Positions 35,491 through 45,103 of a DNA stretch of 64,000 nt are shown here, in pieces. Below the pieces are notes generated by a model. It was not told the DNA's origin. It searched no databases and saw only the letters and a program-made list of their open reading frames with translations. The DNA comes from a virus, in IMG/VR virus record IMGVR_UViG_3300031920_000103, positions 10,694-74,693 of that record. One strand, 5' to 3'. A program made the position numbers and the translations under genes. How positions within the stretch are numbered: position 1 is the first letter of the stretch; each line of letters begins with the position of its first letter.

Positions 35491-35576
35491 TGGTGCGGGA
35501 GGGTGGTAACGCTCCACCGTTGCGCGAGCAATGAACAAGCAAAGCAAACGCAGTCCTACTATTAGACGACTCCCGC
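35491..35576 (-). tRNA. tRNA-like element with remodelled anticodon arm
   Basis: Perfect GCGGGAG/CTCCCGC acceptor with ACCA, GTCT/GGAC D stem and GGTGG/CCACC T stem. The 34-nt middle cannot form a normal anticodon arm. Confidence 0.65.
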
Positions 35577-35956
35577 GAAATCTAGTTTGCTATGCTGCCT
35601 CTCGTGATTCCGTTTGACGAATTGATCGCGCGGGTGCCGGCTCGCGCAAAAGCGGTAACGAACTCAGCGCCCGTTGCAGCGGTTCACGATCACGGATCAA
35701 CTCGCAGCCAATCGCCATATCCGGCGACGGTAGCGTTGGTCGCGGAATCCTCGCGTCGACTGTGCGCCTTTTGTGTACTAGCTGCACCTCTGCGGAATCC
35801 CGCAACTCTGCGAGATCTTCCGAGAGCGTTGGCGTCGGCTTTTTGCGAACTTTGAAGCCCACTATGAGCGAGCCCCCGTGCCGCGTTGCCAATGGTACGC
35901 GGCAAAGACGCCAAACGAAACGCCGATCGGAAAACCTATGCAGACGCCTAGGAGTA

Positions 35957-36772
35957 TCAAGCGATCAACTCTTCGATCACGCTGTAGACGTAACCCCAAT
36001 CGAAAAATGGTTTCGATCGCATCCCGCCCGGATCCCAACCGCCCGATCGGTCTGTACGACTTATCGGGGTAACGTCCTCATGCCCCATTAGGCGCGTGCC
36101 TAGGTGCCAACCTTCGGGCCAATCGAGGCGACGTGCAATGTCGCAAGCTAGAAACGCGATCGTGTCGTGCTGCGCCTCTGTGAACTTGAGCCCGTCGCGC
36201 ATAGGTACCGCCCCGATGCGCTTCTTTCCGTTTACCCAAAAGATGCACGGAATCATCTCAACCTGAATGAAACAACTATTCACGGTTTTGGTACCCGGCA
36301 ATAGCGCGCGTGGATCCTTTGCGTCAGGGTGCCGCAAGTCCCATTGCTTTAGCACCGCCCTCGACATTGGCTTTTTGGTCGTGAGGTTGATCGCTTTGCG
36401 CCAATCACTGCGCTCGGCTTTGCGTTGGTCGGAGGTGCCAACGCCGTTCGCTTGCACGTGCTCGTTTGCGATCTGCAAGAGGTCGCCGCCCTCATGCCCC
36501 CGCCATCCGCACAGGTAGTGCGGCCCACCCTGCTTAAAGTAATAATCGGCCCCAATGACCGTAGGGTACAAACCGCGCTTGTGTGCGCGTTCTGGTAGCC
36601 CTGAGCCGGTCGTGTGTACGATCAGCCCGTGCTCGTTGCCCGCCCAATCTCCGGGGCGTGCGCGGTTGCTGTGCATCTTCGGCGCACGGATCGCGTAGAT
36701 TGACTCCCCCGGCATTTCGCGCAAGGGGGCCTCGTGTGCGGCTACGGAAAAATGAGCTAGGCGTTTTGGCAT
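35957..36772 (-). CDS. N-acetylmuramoyl-L-alanine amidase (Amidase_2-type endolysin)
   Basis: LIVHTTG, PHY, IQVE, GHEDV and DPG Zn-amidase motifs. Confidence 0.8.
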   Translation of the reverse strand: MPKRLAHFSVAAHEAPLREMPGESIYAIRAPKMHSNRARPGDWAGNEHGLIVHTTGSGLPERAHKRGLYPTVIGADYYFKQGGPHYLCGWRGHEGGDLLQIANEHVQANGVGTSDQRKAERSDWRKAINLTTKKPMSRAVLKQWDLRHPDAKDPRALLPGTKTVNSCFIQVEMIPCIFWVNGKKRIGAVPMRDGLKFTEAQHDTIAFLACDIARRLDWPEGWHLGTRLMGHEDVTPISRTDRSGGWDPGGMRSKPFFDWGYVYSVIEELIA

Positions 36773-36784
36773 ACGCCCGAGAGA

Positions 36785-37393
36785 CTAACTTGCGTCAGCC
36801 TCTTTGTCATCTTTGCCCCCGAATAGGGAACCAAGAAAATCTCGCGCATGTTCGTAGCCGCCGCCGGCCGCGATCGCAACGCCAACCGCGCCGGTTAGCA
36901 ACCCGACGCTAAACGATTCGCCCGCCCAAAAGGCTAGGCTAAGTGTGACAACACCCGCCGTCGAAAAGTTTACGATGTAGCCGCCCTTTTTCGTGTCAAA
37001 GAATTTGCTGATCTTAGACGCAAATTTTCGGAATACGAAAACGAGCATGAGCAACACACCGCCGACAAGCGGTAGCCACTCGCGCGATTTGTATTTTGCC
37101 CATACCTCTTTGCCGAACTCGGTTGTGTTTTCCGCCGCCGGATTAACGGCGGCCTCTGCGGCCTCTTCCGCTTCCGGTGCGTCTGGCGTTTTCGTTTCGT
37201 CGGTAACAGCGGGTGCCGTTCCCGCGTCGTCTGTGCCCGGCGTAGTTGCCTCGGTTGGTGCAACGTCAGCGGGTGCGGCCCCTGCGTCGATCGCGGTGAC
37301 TTCGGGTGCCTCGTTTTGTCCGTACGCTGCGACTGTGAATAGCAGACAGACAGAGGCGGCTGCGGCCATAACCATAGGTTTGGTGTTTCTCAT
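36785..37393 (-). CDS. Membrane protein with signal peptide (lysis-cassette associated)
   Basis: N-terminal signal-like helix, acidic Ala/Pro linker and three hydrophobic helices. Confidence 0.7.
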   Translation of the reverse strand: MRNTKPMVMAAAASVCLLFTVAAYGQNEAPEVTAIDAGAAPADVAPTEATTPGTDDAGTAPAVTDETKTPDAPEAEEAAEAAVNPAAENTTEFGKEVWAKYKSREWLPLVGGVLLMLVFVFRKFASKISKFFDTKKGGYIVNFSTAGVVTLSLAFWAGESFSVGLLTGAVGVAIAAGGGYEHARDFLGSLFGGKDDKEADAS

Positions 37394-37412
37394 AAGAGTT
37401 CCCTTTCGCGCA

Positions 37413-37943
37413 CTACTCTATCAGCACGGAGTGACCTACGAAACCCACCAAAAGCGCAGCGGCAACACCGGCGACCCCCCACGATAACGAAGTGCCCCAA
37501 CGCGGTTTTACCCGCTCTTTCTGGTACTTGAGATCCGTTGCCTCTAGCTCTTTGGTAAGTGTGGTAACTCTTGCATCACCGATCGCCATAGAGGCGGTGA
37601 GTGCGCCAACCGCGATCCGGAGGTCGTCGACTTGTTGCGCTTGCACCTTGAGTTTTAGATCGAGGTTGAAACGAGTTTTTCGCGCGGTGAACAACTCCGC
37701 GTCAGCCGAGTAGAGTTGTTGCACCTCCGCAAGCGTTGGGTACCCGCAAACCTCAAGCCCCGGCTTTACCTTGTACACTTTGCACTCTGGTACCACGTGC
37801 GGCCTGTAGCCCCGGTATACGTCGTCTTCTGCGTGTGCGCTATTCGGCGCTAGGCAGATCAGACCAAACAAGCAAATCAATAACGCGCTGATCGCCCGCG
37901 TGCCGCTCTTCGAGTCTTTTGATATTCGCATCGATTCCCTCAA
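37413..37943 (-). CDS. Exported coiled-coil protein with C-terminal hydrophobic helix (spanin-like candidate)
   Basis: Signal-like ALLICLFGLICLAPNSAHA, a coiled coil and a C-terminal TM. The 5' end overlaps the upstream gene. Confidence 0.65.
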   Translation of the reverse strand: MRESMRISKDSKSGTRAISALLICLFGLICLAPNSAHAEDDVYRGYRPHVVPECKVYKVKPGLEVCGYPTLAEVQQLYSADAELFTARKTRFNLDLKLKVQAQQVDDLRIAVGALTASMAIGDARVTTLTKELEATDLKYQKERVKPRWGTSLSWGVAGVAAALLVGFVGHSVLIE

Positions 37944-38217
37944 TCCTTTTCGCGGCCTTGTCGGCGCGCTCTACGGCCTCCTTAGCGGCCTTTTCGTGCG
38001 GGGCACGTTGGGCGTCGGAACGCTCTTGCGCCTCTAAGATCTCAGCCTTGCGCTTCTCGTGGCGCAATTTGGCAAGCTCGCCGCGATTCCTTTTCAGAAT
38101 CGACGACGCAACGAACAAACCGAACAACAAGACCAAGATTGCCACGGGCCAAAGCCACCATTTCGGTTTCCCGTTGTCACCTTTGGTAGATGAGAACACG
38201 TTGGCAATTTTGTCCAT
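37840..38217 (-). CDS. N-terminal TM plus coiled-coil protein (i-spanin-like candidate)
   Basis: WWLWPVAILVLLFGLFVAS followed by charged heptads. Confidence 0.65.
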   Translation of the reverse strand: MDKIANVFSSTKGDNGKPKWWLWPVAILVLLFGLFVASSILKRNRGELAKLRHEKRKAEILEAQERSDAQRAPHEKAAKEAVERADKAAKRIEGIDANIKRLEERHAGDQRVIDLLVWSDLPSAE

Positions 38218-38597
38218 TAGCTGAAATCCTCGGTTACTGCGCGGCGCATATCAAGCGCGCTTGGTTTGATCACCGGGTACCGCTTGCCGCTCACCAACTC
38301 AACCCAAACGTCGTAAACGTAATCGCGCGCGGGGTCGACGCCGATCGTGTCGGTTGGCGTCAGGAAGATTTGCGCCTGACCTAGCGTAGCACCCGACTGT
38401 GCGAGCAATACGGCCTCTGACGCGTTTGCGGAGGTTTTACGCACGAGCGGATCGGTGTCGTCGATCGTTCGCTTGATGGTAAAAAAGATCTTGGCGTCGG
38501 TCAGATTGACTAGGTTTTTGCCCTTGTCCCTGACGGTTAGCAAAAGTGTTTTCGACGAGCCCCGGAGGATCGTCAGAGGTCTGCCTTGAATCGCCAC
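38217..38597 (-). CDS. BppU-N-like beta-sandwich virion protein
   Basis: G.S.TL.LTV.D...NLT.A.I.F.IK...YVYDVWV pattern. Confidence 0.65.
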   Translation of the reverse strand: MAIQGRPLTILRGSSKTLLLTVRDKGKNLVNLTDAKIFFTIKRTIDDTDPLVRKTSANASEAVLLAQSGATLGQAQIFLTPTDTIGVDPARDYVYDVWVELVSGKRYPVIKPSALDMRRAVTEDFS

Positions 38598-38601
38598 GGC
38601 G

Positions 38602-39048
38602 CTAACTATCGCAGATAATCAACTCGCCTTCTAGCTCTTCCACCTCTTCGATCGTTCCGTCTAACTCGTCGACCGCAACAAGCTCGCCCTCGATGTTTTC
38701 GGCAAACTCGATCGTGCCGTCTAACTCATCAGAAACGATCAACTCACCGGCCAAATCGTCGACCTCATCGATCGTTCCGTCTAGGATCTCAACCTCCGTC
38801 TCTGGCAACACGGGTGTCGTGTCGATGTAGAACGCAACCACCGTGTCGCCGCCTTGCGGTGCAAACCCGAGCGTAACGACGCCGGCTGCGGGCGTCGTCT
38901 CGGCCCACGGGTTGCCTAGGTTGTGCATCTGCAACTGACCGTTGACGTACACCGCAACAGTGCCGGCCGTGTACGGTGTTGGCGTCGTGTAAACTGTGTT
39001 CGCGCCGTCGATCGATCCGATCAAAGGCTCGAATTGTGGCTGTCCCAT
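38602..39048 (-). CDS. Virion protein: small beta domain plus acidic LDGTI repeats
   Basis: GSIDGANTVYTT..VYVNGQLQ; three LDGTI-anchored acidic repeats. Confidence 0.7.
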   Translation of the reverse strand: MGQPQFEPLIGSIDGANTVYTTPTPYTAGTVAVYVNGQLQMHNLGNPWAETTPAAGVVTLGFAPQGGDTVVAFYIDTTPVLPETEVEILDGTIDEVDDLAGELIVSDELDGTIEFAENIEGELVAVDELDGTIEEVEELEGELIICDS

Positions 39049-39065
39049 TGGCCTAGGCTAGCACG

Positions 39066-39278
39066 CTAAATCGGGCGGTAGTAGACCGTCACAACGTCGC
39101 CGATCTGCGGTGCCGGCGAGACTGTAAAATCCTTGCCGCCAAGCTCGGCCGGTTCCGCGTCTGCGAAACCATTGTTGAACACCACAAGCGATCCGGTCTT
39201 GTAGTCCCGGTTTGTAGTGTACGCGGTGTTCACGCCGTCGATCGTACCGTTGGCGAGTTCTGTGATTGGGTTAGCCAT
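39066..39278 (-). CDS. Small beta-domain virion protein (paralog of 38602-39048)
   Basis: GTIDGVNTAYTT..VFNNG..APQIGDVVTVYY. Confidence 0.7.
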   Translation of the reverse strand: MANPITELANGTIDGVNTAYTTNRDYKTGSLVVFNNGFADAEPAELGGKDFTVSPAPQIGDVVTVYYRPI

Positions 39279-39620
39279 TTACCACCAAAATCCAACTACC
39301 ATCGACAACGCAACAACCGCAAGCAACGCGCCGGCAAGCATCAAACGCTTTTGCAACGAGCGCGCTTTAAACGCGGCTTTTGCGCTAGGGATGCCGGGGT
39401 CAGTCGTTTCTTTGTCGTATGGCTTGACGAACCAATGCGTAAGTAAAACACCGAACACCGCAGCGACGGCAAACGGTAGCCACCGCATCGAGTACGCCCA
39501 CTCTCGGATCACTTCGCTGTACGTGTTGCCGCGCGTGTCGTCTAGCGCTAAGTAAATGTCGAATCCGCCAAGCGCAAAAAACGCTACGAAAACAAACATT
39601 GCCGCCGCTCGTTTGCTCAC
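39279..39620 (-). CDS. Small 3-TM membrane protein
   Basis: Three hydrophobic helices. Likely start is GTG 39620. Confidence 0.6.
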   Translation of the reverse strand: MSKRAAAMFVFVAFFALGGFDIYLALDDTRGNTYSEVIREWAYSMRWLPFAVAAVFGVLLTHWFVKPYDKETTDPGIPSAKAAFKARSLQKRLMLAGALLAVVALSMVVGFWW

Positions 39621-39746
39621 TCGCCCTCGCCCTGCTCTTCGCGTTTTTTGCGTGCGAGTTCTTGCCAATCAACTTCGGGCGGTAGCTTGTGCTTGTTGAT
39701 CGGTGCGGTTTCCTCGCCGTTTACGAGAACCTTTTTGTCGCCGTTG

Positions 39747-40223
39747 TTATTCGTAGGCAAAAGTTGATACCCCAAGTTTAAGATCGGTTGCGCCGACAGA
39801 TTCGTAAATCGTGCGAATGTACAAGCCTGCGTAAACCACCATAGTCGAGTCAACGCGGAACTCTTGCCGCTCTGTTGATCGCGGGTTGACGTACTCGGTT
39901 ACGACGTACTTTTTAAGCTCTAGCACGTCGACACCAACGGTCAGCCCGTAGGTCGCAAACAGTCCTAGCGCGTCGTCTTTGTCTACTACGGCCTCCTCGA
40001 TGTAATCACCGATCGCCGCGTTAGCGTCGAGCACTTGGTACCAACCGCCGCGCAACTCGCGCTCGGTCGTTACGGGTATGTCGAAAATGTTTGTAGCACC
40101 GGCCGTGATCGAGTAGAGGTTTCCCCTCCACTTGGGATGCAATCCCCCGGTGTCCTCGAAACCGGAGACAACGATCGGCTGACCCTTGGCGTTAGTCGGC
40201 TGTGTTTTTAGGTTCAAGCTCAT
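39747..40223 (-). CDS. Hypothetical virion protein
   Basis: Beta-rich ORF in the structural operon. Confidence 0.65.
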   Translation of the reverse strand: MSLNLKTQPTNAKGQPIVVSGFEDTGGLHPKWRGNLYSITAGATNIFDIPVTTERELRGGWYQVLDANAAIGDYIEEAVVDKDDALGLFATYGLTVGVDVLELKKYVVTEYVNPRSTERQEFRVDSTMVVYAGLYIRTIYESVGATDLKLGVSTFAYE

Positions 40224-41221
40224 GGCGTGTCCTCAACCCCAAAGTGTGCATACGCGCGCATCTCGGAGATAACAGATAGGTCGTCACGGACAACAATCTC
40301 TAAAACTGCGTCGTCGGTAACTACCACGGAAGCGTTGCCCGGCTTTACCATGAACCCGACAAGCAATTTGTTATCCGCAAAGTTGAACGACTCTTGCGGG
40401 TGGTACTGCCCGAAAAGTTGTTGGTTGTTCTTTGTCACGAACCGCCACAACACCTCGCCAGTTGAGATTTTCTTGTGCCGCATGATCAGCCCCTTACCGA
40501 GCCCGGCAACAACGTTCGCAAAAGCGGTGCTAGTCCACCCGCTATCGGGTGCGGTGATCATAAGTACCGCCATGGTTAGGTGGTACGCCTTGCTCGCGGG
40601 TGCCGCTAGGCGGAATCGATACGGCCCGCCTCCCGTTGCCGTAACCAACTTGATGTCGTCGAGAAAGTAATGCTGACCCGCTGCGTTGCCGTAGCGGATC
40701 CTTAGTTTCTGCACGTTGCCGGTCAGCCCAAAGTCTGCGATCGGGATCGAGATCTGTTGCCACACACCTAGATCCATATTCGGCGCGTACTGGTCTAGGC
40801 GAAGCTGCACACCTACGACAGCGTTTGTGGCGTCTTGCCAACGGATTTGCATACGCGACGACGCCGGGAACGATTGCGGGTTTACCCAAACCTTTACCTC
40901 GTCGTACAGCGTCGCAACGTCGATCATAGATCCGTTGTCGAAAAGTGTTTTGTCGTTTTGCGCCGTCGATCCTGTGTCCCACCCGTTTGTGCCGTTACGA
41001 TTTGCGCCGGCTGTTTCGGATCCCGTGCCCGAAACAGCCCAGTCTGCGCCAGTGTCCCCCGCGCCGCCGCCGTTCCACAAAACAACCGCAGCGCCAGACG
41101 CCACGCCGTCTACGTTCATAAGCTCGGATCCGTCGTCGGTGCGGGCGAATGGTTCAACGCTCAGAACTAGCTCACGGTCTGCCGTTACTTGGTTCCCGTT
41201 TGCGTCTTTGTTTATAGCCAT
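40220..41221 (-). CDS. Virion protein with carbohydrate-binding-module-like jelly roll
   Basis: GVWQQISIPIADFGL..VQKLRIRY..YFLDDIKL resembles CBM/galactose-binding folds. Confidence 0.6.
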   Translation of the reverse strand: MAINKDANGNQVTADRELVLSVEPFARTDDGSELMNVDGVASGAAVVLWNGGGAGDTGADWAVSGTGSETAGANRNGTNGWDTGSTAQNDKTLFDNGSMIDVATLYDEVKVWVNPQSFPASSRMQIRWQDATNAVVGVQLRLDQYAPNMDLGVWQQISIPIADFGLTGNVQKLRIRYGNAAGQHYFLDDIKLVTATGGGPYRFRLAAPASKAYHLTMAVLMITAPDSGWTSTAFANVVAGLGKGLIMRHKKISTGEVLWRFVTKNNQQLFGQYHPQESFNFADNKLLVGFMVKPGNASVVVTDDAVLEIVVRDDLSVISEMRAYAHFGVEDTP

Positions 41222-42081
41222 TAGGTTGTTTCCTCGAATCCCTTAACGACCGCATCGATTTCTAACGAGCCACCCGACAACCTTATTCTGCGCACAATAA
41301 TTTTCTCCGTGCCTGTGCCCACCATGACTGTACCGTCGCGAGCCTTAAAAGTATCCGGCGAAATCTGATTAGAGAATCCCGCTACATACTCGCGAGAAAC
41401 AAGGTGCTCGCTTCCGTTGTCGTAAACGATGTCGATGCGTGAACCGTTCTCGGTGGAGTCACCTTCGGATCCGCCAATCAAGGTCAGCAAAGTAAAGGTG
41501 CTTCCGACCGCGATTATGTAATCAGTATCGTGCGGCGTTATCCCCGCTGTGATTATTAGCGGAGTGTCCGCAGAAATCTGTATTGCGGTTGCTCCGGGCG
41601 GCGGCTGTGCCTCGACTATCGACACCTTGCCCGACACGTCGAGGCGCTTTTTTCCGTCAATAAGATCGTGTGTGATCGTAGCGTCGTCAACACCATCGGT
41701 GATGTAGACCTTGCCAACAATTTCGGTGCCGGCACCGAGACCGATCGGGTCGGTGATCTTCTTAATTCCGTCAGTGTCTTTGATCGAGTCTAGTACCGCG
41801 TCGATCGTTGTCAGCCTTCCGTCAGCCGCTAGTAGCGTTGCCTCTGTTGCGCGTGTGCTAAGCGCAACGTCTAGGTTTGAGGTGTCCGCGTCGATCGTTG
41901 TCAGCAACGCGACCGACGAGTTTGTGTCGACTAGGATTGCGTCTAGTGCCGTGTCGATCGTTGCAAGTTTTGCGTCGAGCGCTTGTAGCGTTGCCTCGGT
42001 GCCTAGGTCGACGGTTGCGCCCGCCGTGTTGAGGGATTTAAAACCCTCGTTGTCTACCTCGACTAAATTAAAACCGCTCAT
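41221..42081 (-). CDS. Fibre-like virion protein
   Basis: ATEATL-type repeats and a beta-rich C-terminus. ATG 42081. Confidence 0.65.
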   Translation of the reverse strand: MSGFNLVEVDNEGFKSLNTAGATVDLGTEATLQALDAKLATIDTALDAILVDTNSSVALLTTIDADTSNLDVALSTRATEATLLAADGRLTTIDAVLDSIKDTDGIKKITDPIGLGAGTEIVGKVYITDGVDDATITHDLIDGKKRLDVSGKVSIVEAQPPPGATAIQISADTPLIITAGITPHDTDYIIAVGSTFTLLTLIGGSEGDSTENGSRIDIVYDNGSEHLVSREYVAGFSNQISPDTFKARDGTVMVGTGTEKIIVRRIRLSGGSLEIDAVVKGFEETT

Positions 42082-42536
42082 GTCAGCACCCAATCCGTCG
42101 ATGCGACTTTGCCGCCCGATCGCGTGATCGTTTTCGTTAGCGTTTCGACAAGAGTTCCCGCAACGTCGTATGCCTTTTCTACGATCACAGAAACTTTGCC
42201 GAATGCCCGCGTTATATTCGTTTCACGAATTTTTACGGTCTTGCCGTTGTCGGTCCACAAAATAACGTCGGTGATATTGTCGCCCGATCTTATGACCTCT
42301 TCCCACGCTGTCTCGGCCGGTACGTGCACTAGCTGATCGAGGTCGCGGTGCCCGCCCTCACTTAGCCCTGAGCCGGTCGTCAGACTCTTTACGCCGGTCG
42401 AGAGCTTTACGACTAGATCGTCGCTGACAAAACGCACCGCGCCGTCGACGGTTGGGGGACCGTCAGCGGTGCGATCTTCGTACTGGGTTTCCTCTTCGAG
42501 CGAGGCCCCCGGTGTTCTGTCTGGGGTGATTCCCAT
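42078..42536 (-). CDS. Hypothetical virion protein
   Basis: ORF in operon, coupled stop/start. Confidence 0.65.
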   Translation of the reverse strand: MGITPDRTPGASLEEETQYEDRTADGPPTVDGAVRFVSDDLVVKLSTGVKSLTTGSGLSEGGHRDLDQLVHVPAETAWEEVIRSGDNITDVILWTDNGKTVKIRETNITRAFGKVSVIVEKAYDVAGTLVETLTKTITRSGGKVASTDWVLT

Positions 42537-43103
42537 TTACTTTTTCGTGCGTTTTGCGGCTGCGGCTATCTTAGCGAATCGCTCTTTGTCTGCGGGTGTT
42601 TTCTTTGCGGCCTTTTTCTTGGCGGGTTTCTTTGCAGGCTTTGCCGGCGTTTTCTTTTTGGCGTCTTTTGCCTCTTCGGCTGCTTTGGCTTCTGCTTCTT
42701 TTTCAAGCTCCGCACGGCGCACAGCTTTAGAAATCGCGAGGTCTCCTTTTTTGATCGCGGTGTCGCGCTGCTTTTCGAGCAACGAGATCTGACCCTCGCA
42801 GCGTAGCTTGCTGTTGATCTGATTTTTTGCGTTGTCGAGACACATCGTTTGGAATTGCGCGATCATGTTTTTCGCGTAGACGCGCGCAACGTTAGATTCG
42901 CTCGGAGACATTTCGGTGTCGGCTGCAATGCGCTCCTCGATGCGCGCGGCAAAGTTCGGCATTTGCTTACCCATTTGCGCGAGTGCTTGCGCCGCGCCAT
43001 CGTGCTCGTGCGATTCTCGCTTAGACGTAGCGGCAAGCTCGATCGCATCCCTTGCCTGCTCGTCGTAAACGCCCTTAATTATTTCTGCTTTTTCGTATCC
43101 CAT
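42537..43103 (-). CDS. Helical protein with histone H1-like Lys/Ala/Pro tail
   Basis: AKKKTPAKPAKKPAKKKAAKKTPA. Confidence 0.7.
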   Translation of the reverse strand: MGYEKAEIIKGVYDEQARDAIELAATSKRESHEHDGAAQALAQMGKQMPNFAARIEERIAADTEMSPSESNVARVYAKNMIAQFQTMCLDNAKNQINSKLRCEGQISLLEKQRDTAIKKGDLAISKAVRRAELEKEAEAKAAEEAKDAKKKTPAKPAKKPAKKKAAKKTPADKERFAKIAAAAKRTKK

Positions 43104-43121
43104 CGAGGTGGATCCTAAACT

Positions 43122-43153
43122 AAAAAGGGCACCTCTGGGAAGAGGTGCCCTTT
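43122..43153 (-). terminator. Rho-independent terminator
   Basis: 13-bp perfect stem AAAGGGCACCTCT/AGAGGTGCCCTTT ending in a T run on the minus strand, after 43175-44761. Confidence 0.8.
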
Positions 43154-43174
43154 GTCAGTGATTAGGCTAGGCTA

Positions 43175-44761
43175 TTAGACCCAACTGATCACGCAAATGA
43201 CATCGCCAACTTTCAGTTTCTTCTCGAATTTTAGTTGGCCAAGTGCCAATGAGGTTCCGGGGTACACGTCCAAGTTCGCGGCAGCGTCTACACCGTTTAC
43301 TTGGAACACGCCGTTCAGGTAAATATCGTAGTCTGTGACGAACGTTCCGCCGCTTAGATCGCCAAGTGAGGCGCTCAAGTTTAAGTCGGATAGTGAAACG
43401 TCTGTGTCGGCTGCGGCTGCGACGGTGACGATCGAGTGTACCTTTGTGCGGGCAGCGGCAGACGCGTTCGCCTGCGTGATCGCGTTGAGTAGTGACACCT
43501 CGCCAAACTCAACCTCGAATGCGTCCCACTCTGCGGTTGTTTCCGAGAGCTTGATTCCGCCCGTCTGTGCCCACGTAGAGCCAGCTTGGTTTACATCGTC
43601 AAGTAGCATCTCGTTTGCTGCAACGAGATTCAGGTCAGCCGCGCCGCCCGATGCAACAGTGAGTGCGCCGCCCGAGTCGATCTGATTTGCCGTTACGCCA
43701 ACGTTGATCGTCGTACCGGCTACGCCGGTGTCAAAGCTCGCGCCATTGTCGAAATCGTTTACGATCGCGTCAACGCGGAAGGTGTCAACCGCAGCCTCTA
43801 CGGCAAGCTCTGTCGTGCCGCCTGTGCTCCCTTCGGTAGCAACAAACAAAGGGGCGTTCGCGAGATCACGAATCGACCAATCAATACCGGCAGCCAGATC
43901 CAGAATTGCGTTTGTCGTAAGCTCGACAGGCGTTGCGCCTTGGTTGTCGTAACCGGCCTGACGAGTAACCGTGGTGCCGGCGGGAACGTCGATGTTCGCG
44001 CCGCCGAGAAAGTCAGCCTCGTTTAGATCTTCCAAACGAACACGCTCGACGTAGCAGTAATCGTAGTTAACCCCGTTCATTGCGCCAGCGGTGATCGCAA
44101 CTAGATCGTTGCCGGTTGCGTTGAGCTTAACGAACGAAATTTGTACGCGGTCAGAAACCGCATCAAGGATCGTGTCGCCATCGGCAAGACCTAGCTCGCC
44201 TTGCATCAAGCCGTAGATCTTATCGCCGGCGTCGAGGATAGGATCGCGCGTTGCCGCGTTGACAATTTCGACGAGGTTCTTTGGGCTGATCGCAGTTGTG
44301 CCGGCAACCTCGACTAGACTTGCGGTGCCCATCGTGGCACCGGTAGAGACAACGGTGCCTAGCGTGGTCGCAACAACCGCAGCGATCAAGTTTCCGGGAA
44401 GCTCGCCAATTCCGAGAATGTCTACGATGTCGCCGGGTGCGGCGATCGCGATCGAGTTGAGTCCCCAGTAGCACCGCAGAACTCGCTTTTTCTCAAGCGC
44501 GTGCAGTCCGGTGTTGAGGTCGTTTACGCCGCGTTGCGCGCCAGCCTCAAGCGTTGCGGGGGTGTTTAGATCGATAAACCAATCACCAGCCTGACCATCA
44601 AAAAGGTTTGATACCTGCGAGCGGAGATTGTTTAGATCGTCCTCAAGGCTCGCGGGGTTGGTCTCGTGGTTTGCCTCACTAGGGGCAACCGTGTCGTCGT
44701 AATTCGCGACCGGAAAAGTTTGGCGGATTTGAGTTTCTTGATCTAGTAACGTGATAGCCAT
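43175..44761 (-). CDS. Large virion structural protein (528 aa)
   Basis: Acidic, Ala/Gly/Thr-rich, with a C-terminal YLNGVFQ beta domain. Followed by a terminator. Confidence 0.75.
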   Translation of the reverse strand: MAITLLDQETQIRQTFPVANYDDTVAPSEANHETNPASLEDDLNNLRSQVSNLFDGQAGDWFIDLNTPATLEAGAQRGVNDLNTGLHALEKKRVLRCYWGLNSIAIAAPGDIVDILGIGELPGNLIAAVVATTLGTVVSTGATMGTASLVEVAGTTAISPKNLVEIVNAATRDPILDAGDKIYGLMQGELGLADGDTILDAVSDRVQISFVKLNATGNDLVAITAGAMNGVNYDYCYVERVRLEDLNEADFLGGANIDVPAGTTVTRQAGYDNQGATPVELTTNAILDLAAGIDWSIRDLANAPLFVATEGSTGGTTELAVEAAVDTFRVDAIVNDFDNGASFDTGVAGTTINVGVTANQIDSGGALTVASGGAADLNLVAANEMLLDDVNQAGSTWAQTGGIKLSETTAEWDAFEVEFGEVSLLNAITQANASAAARTKVHSIVTVAAAADTDVSLSDLNLSASLGDLSGGTFVTDYDIYLNGVFQVNGVDAAANLDVYPGTSLALGQLKFEKKLKVGDVICVISWV

Positions 44762-44803
44762 GGCTGCGTGTTCCCCTAATGCGTTTCGTTGTGTTTGTAA
44801 CGA

Positions 44804-45103
44804 CTACGCCCGCACGTAGTCAACTCGTATTGTTTCGCCCGTCTTTGGTGTACACGCTGCGGCAAAAGTTATCGTGTCGTAACCCGTGCCTACTCCACCG
44901 CTTTCGCTTGCGGTAAAGTCGTCCCCTAACGTCTGCCTCTGACCGTTACGATAAACTCGAATCGTCGCAACGTCAAAGGCTTCCGGCGTCGTGTGTACAG
45001 GATTCGACCCGTCGACAATCCCACTTGGCTCGATCGAAAAACTCTGCTCGGCCAATATGTCTATTTCGACTAAAAAGCCTGCGTCAAATTGTAGAACTTT
45101 CAT
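44804..45103 (-). CDS. Small beta-domain virion protein (same family as 39066-39278)
   Basis: GIVDGSN..VYRNGQRQ..DDF..PKTGETIRVDY. Confidence 0.7.
   Translation of the reverse strand: MKVLQFDAGFLVEIDILAEQSFSIEPSGIVDGSNPVHTTPEAFDVATIRVYRNGQRQTLGDDFTASESGGVGTGYDTITFAAACTPKTGETIRVDYVRA

Noticed and set aside
35590-35914. ORFs or a tmRNA-like RNA between the tRNAs and the endolysin
   Set aside because: No motif, clear RBS or tRNA-like ends could be supported.
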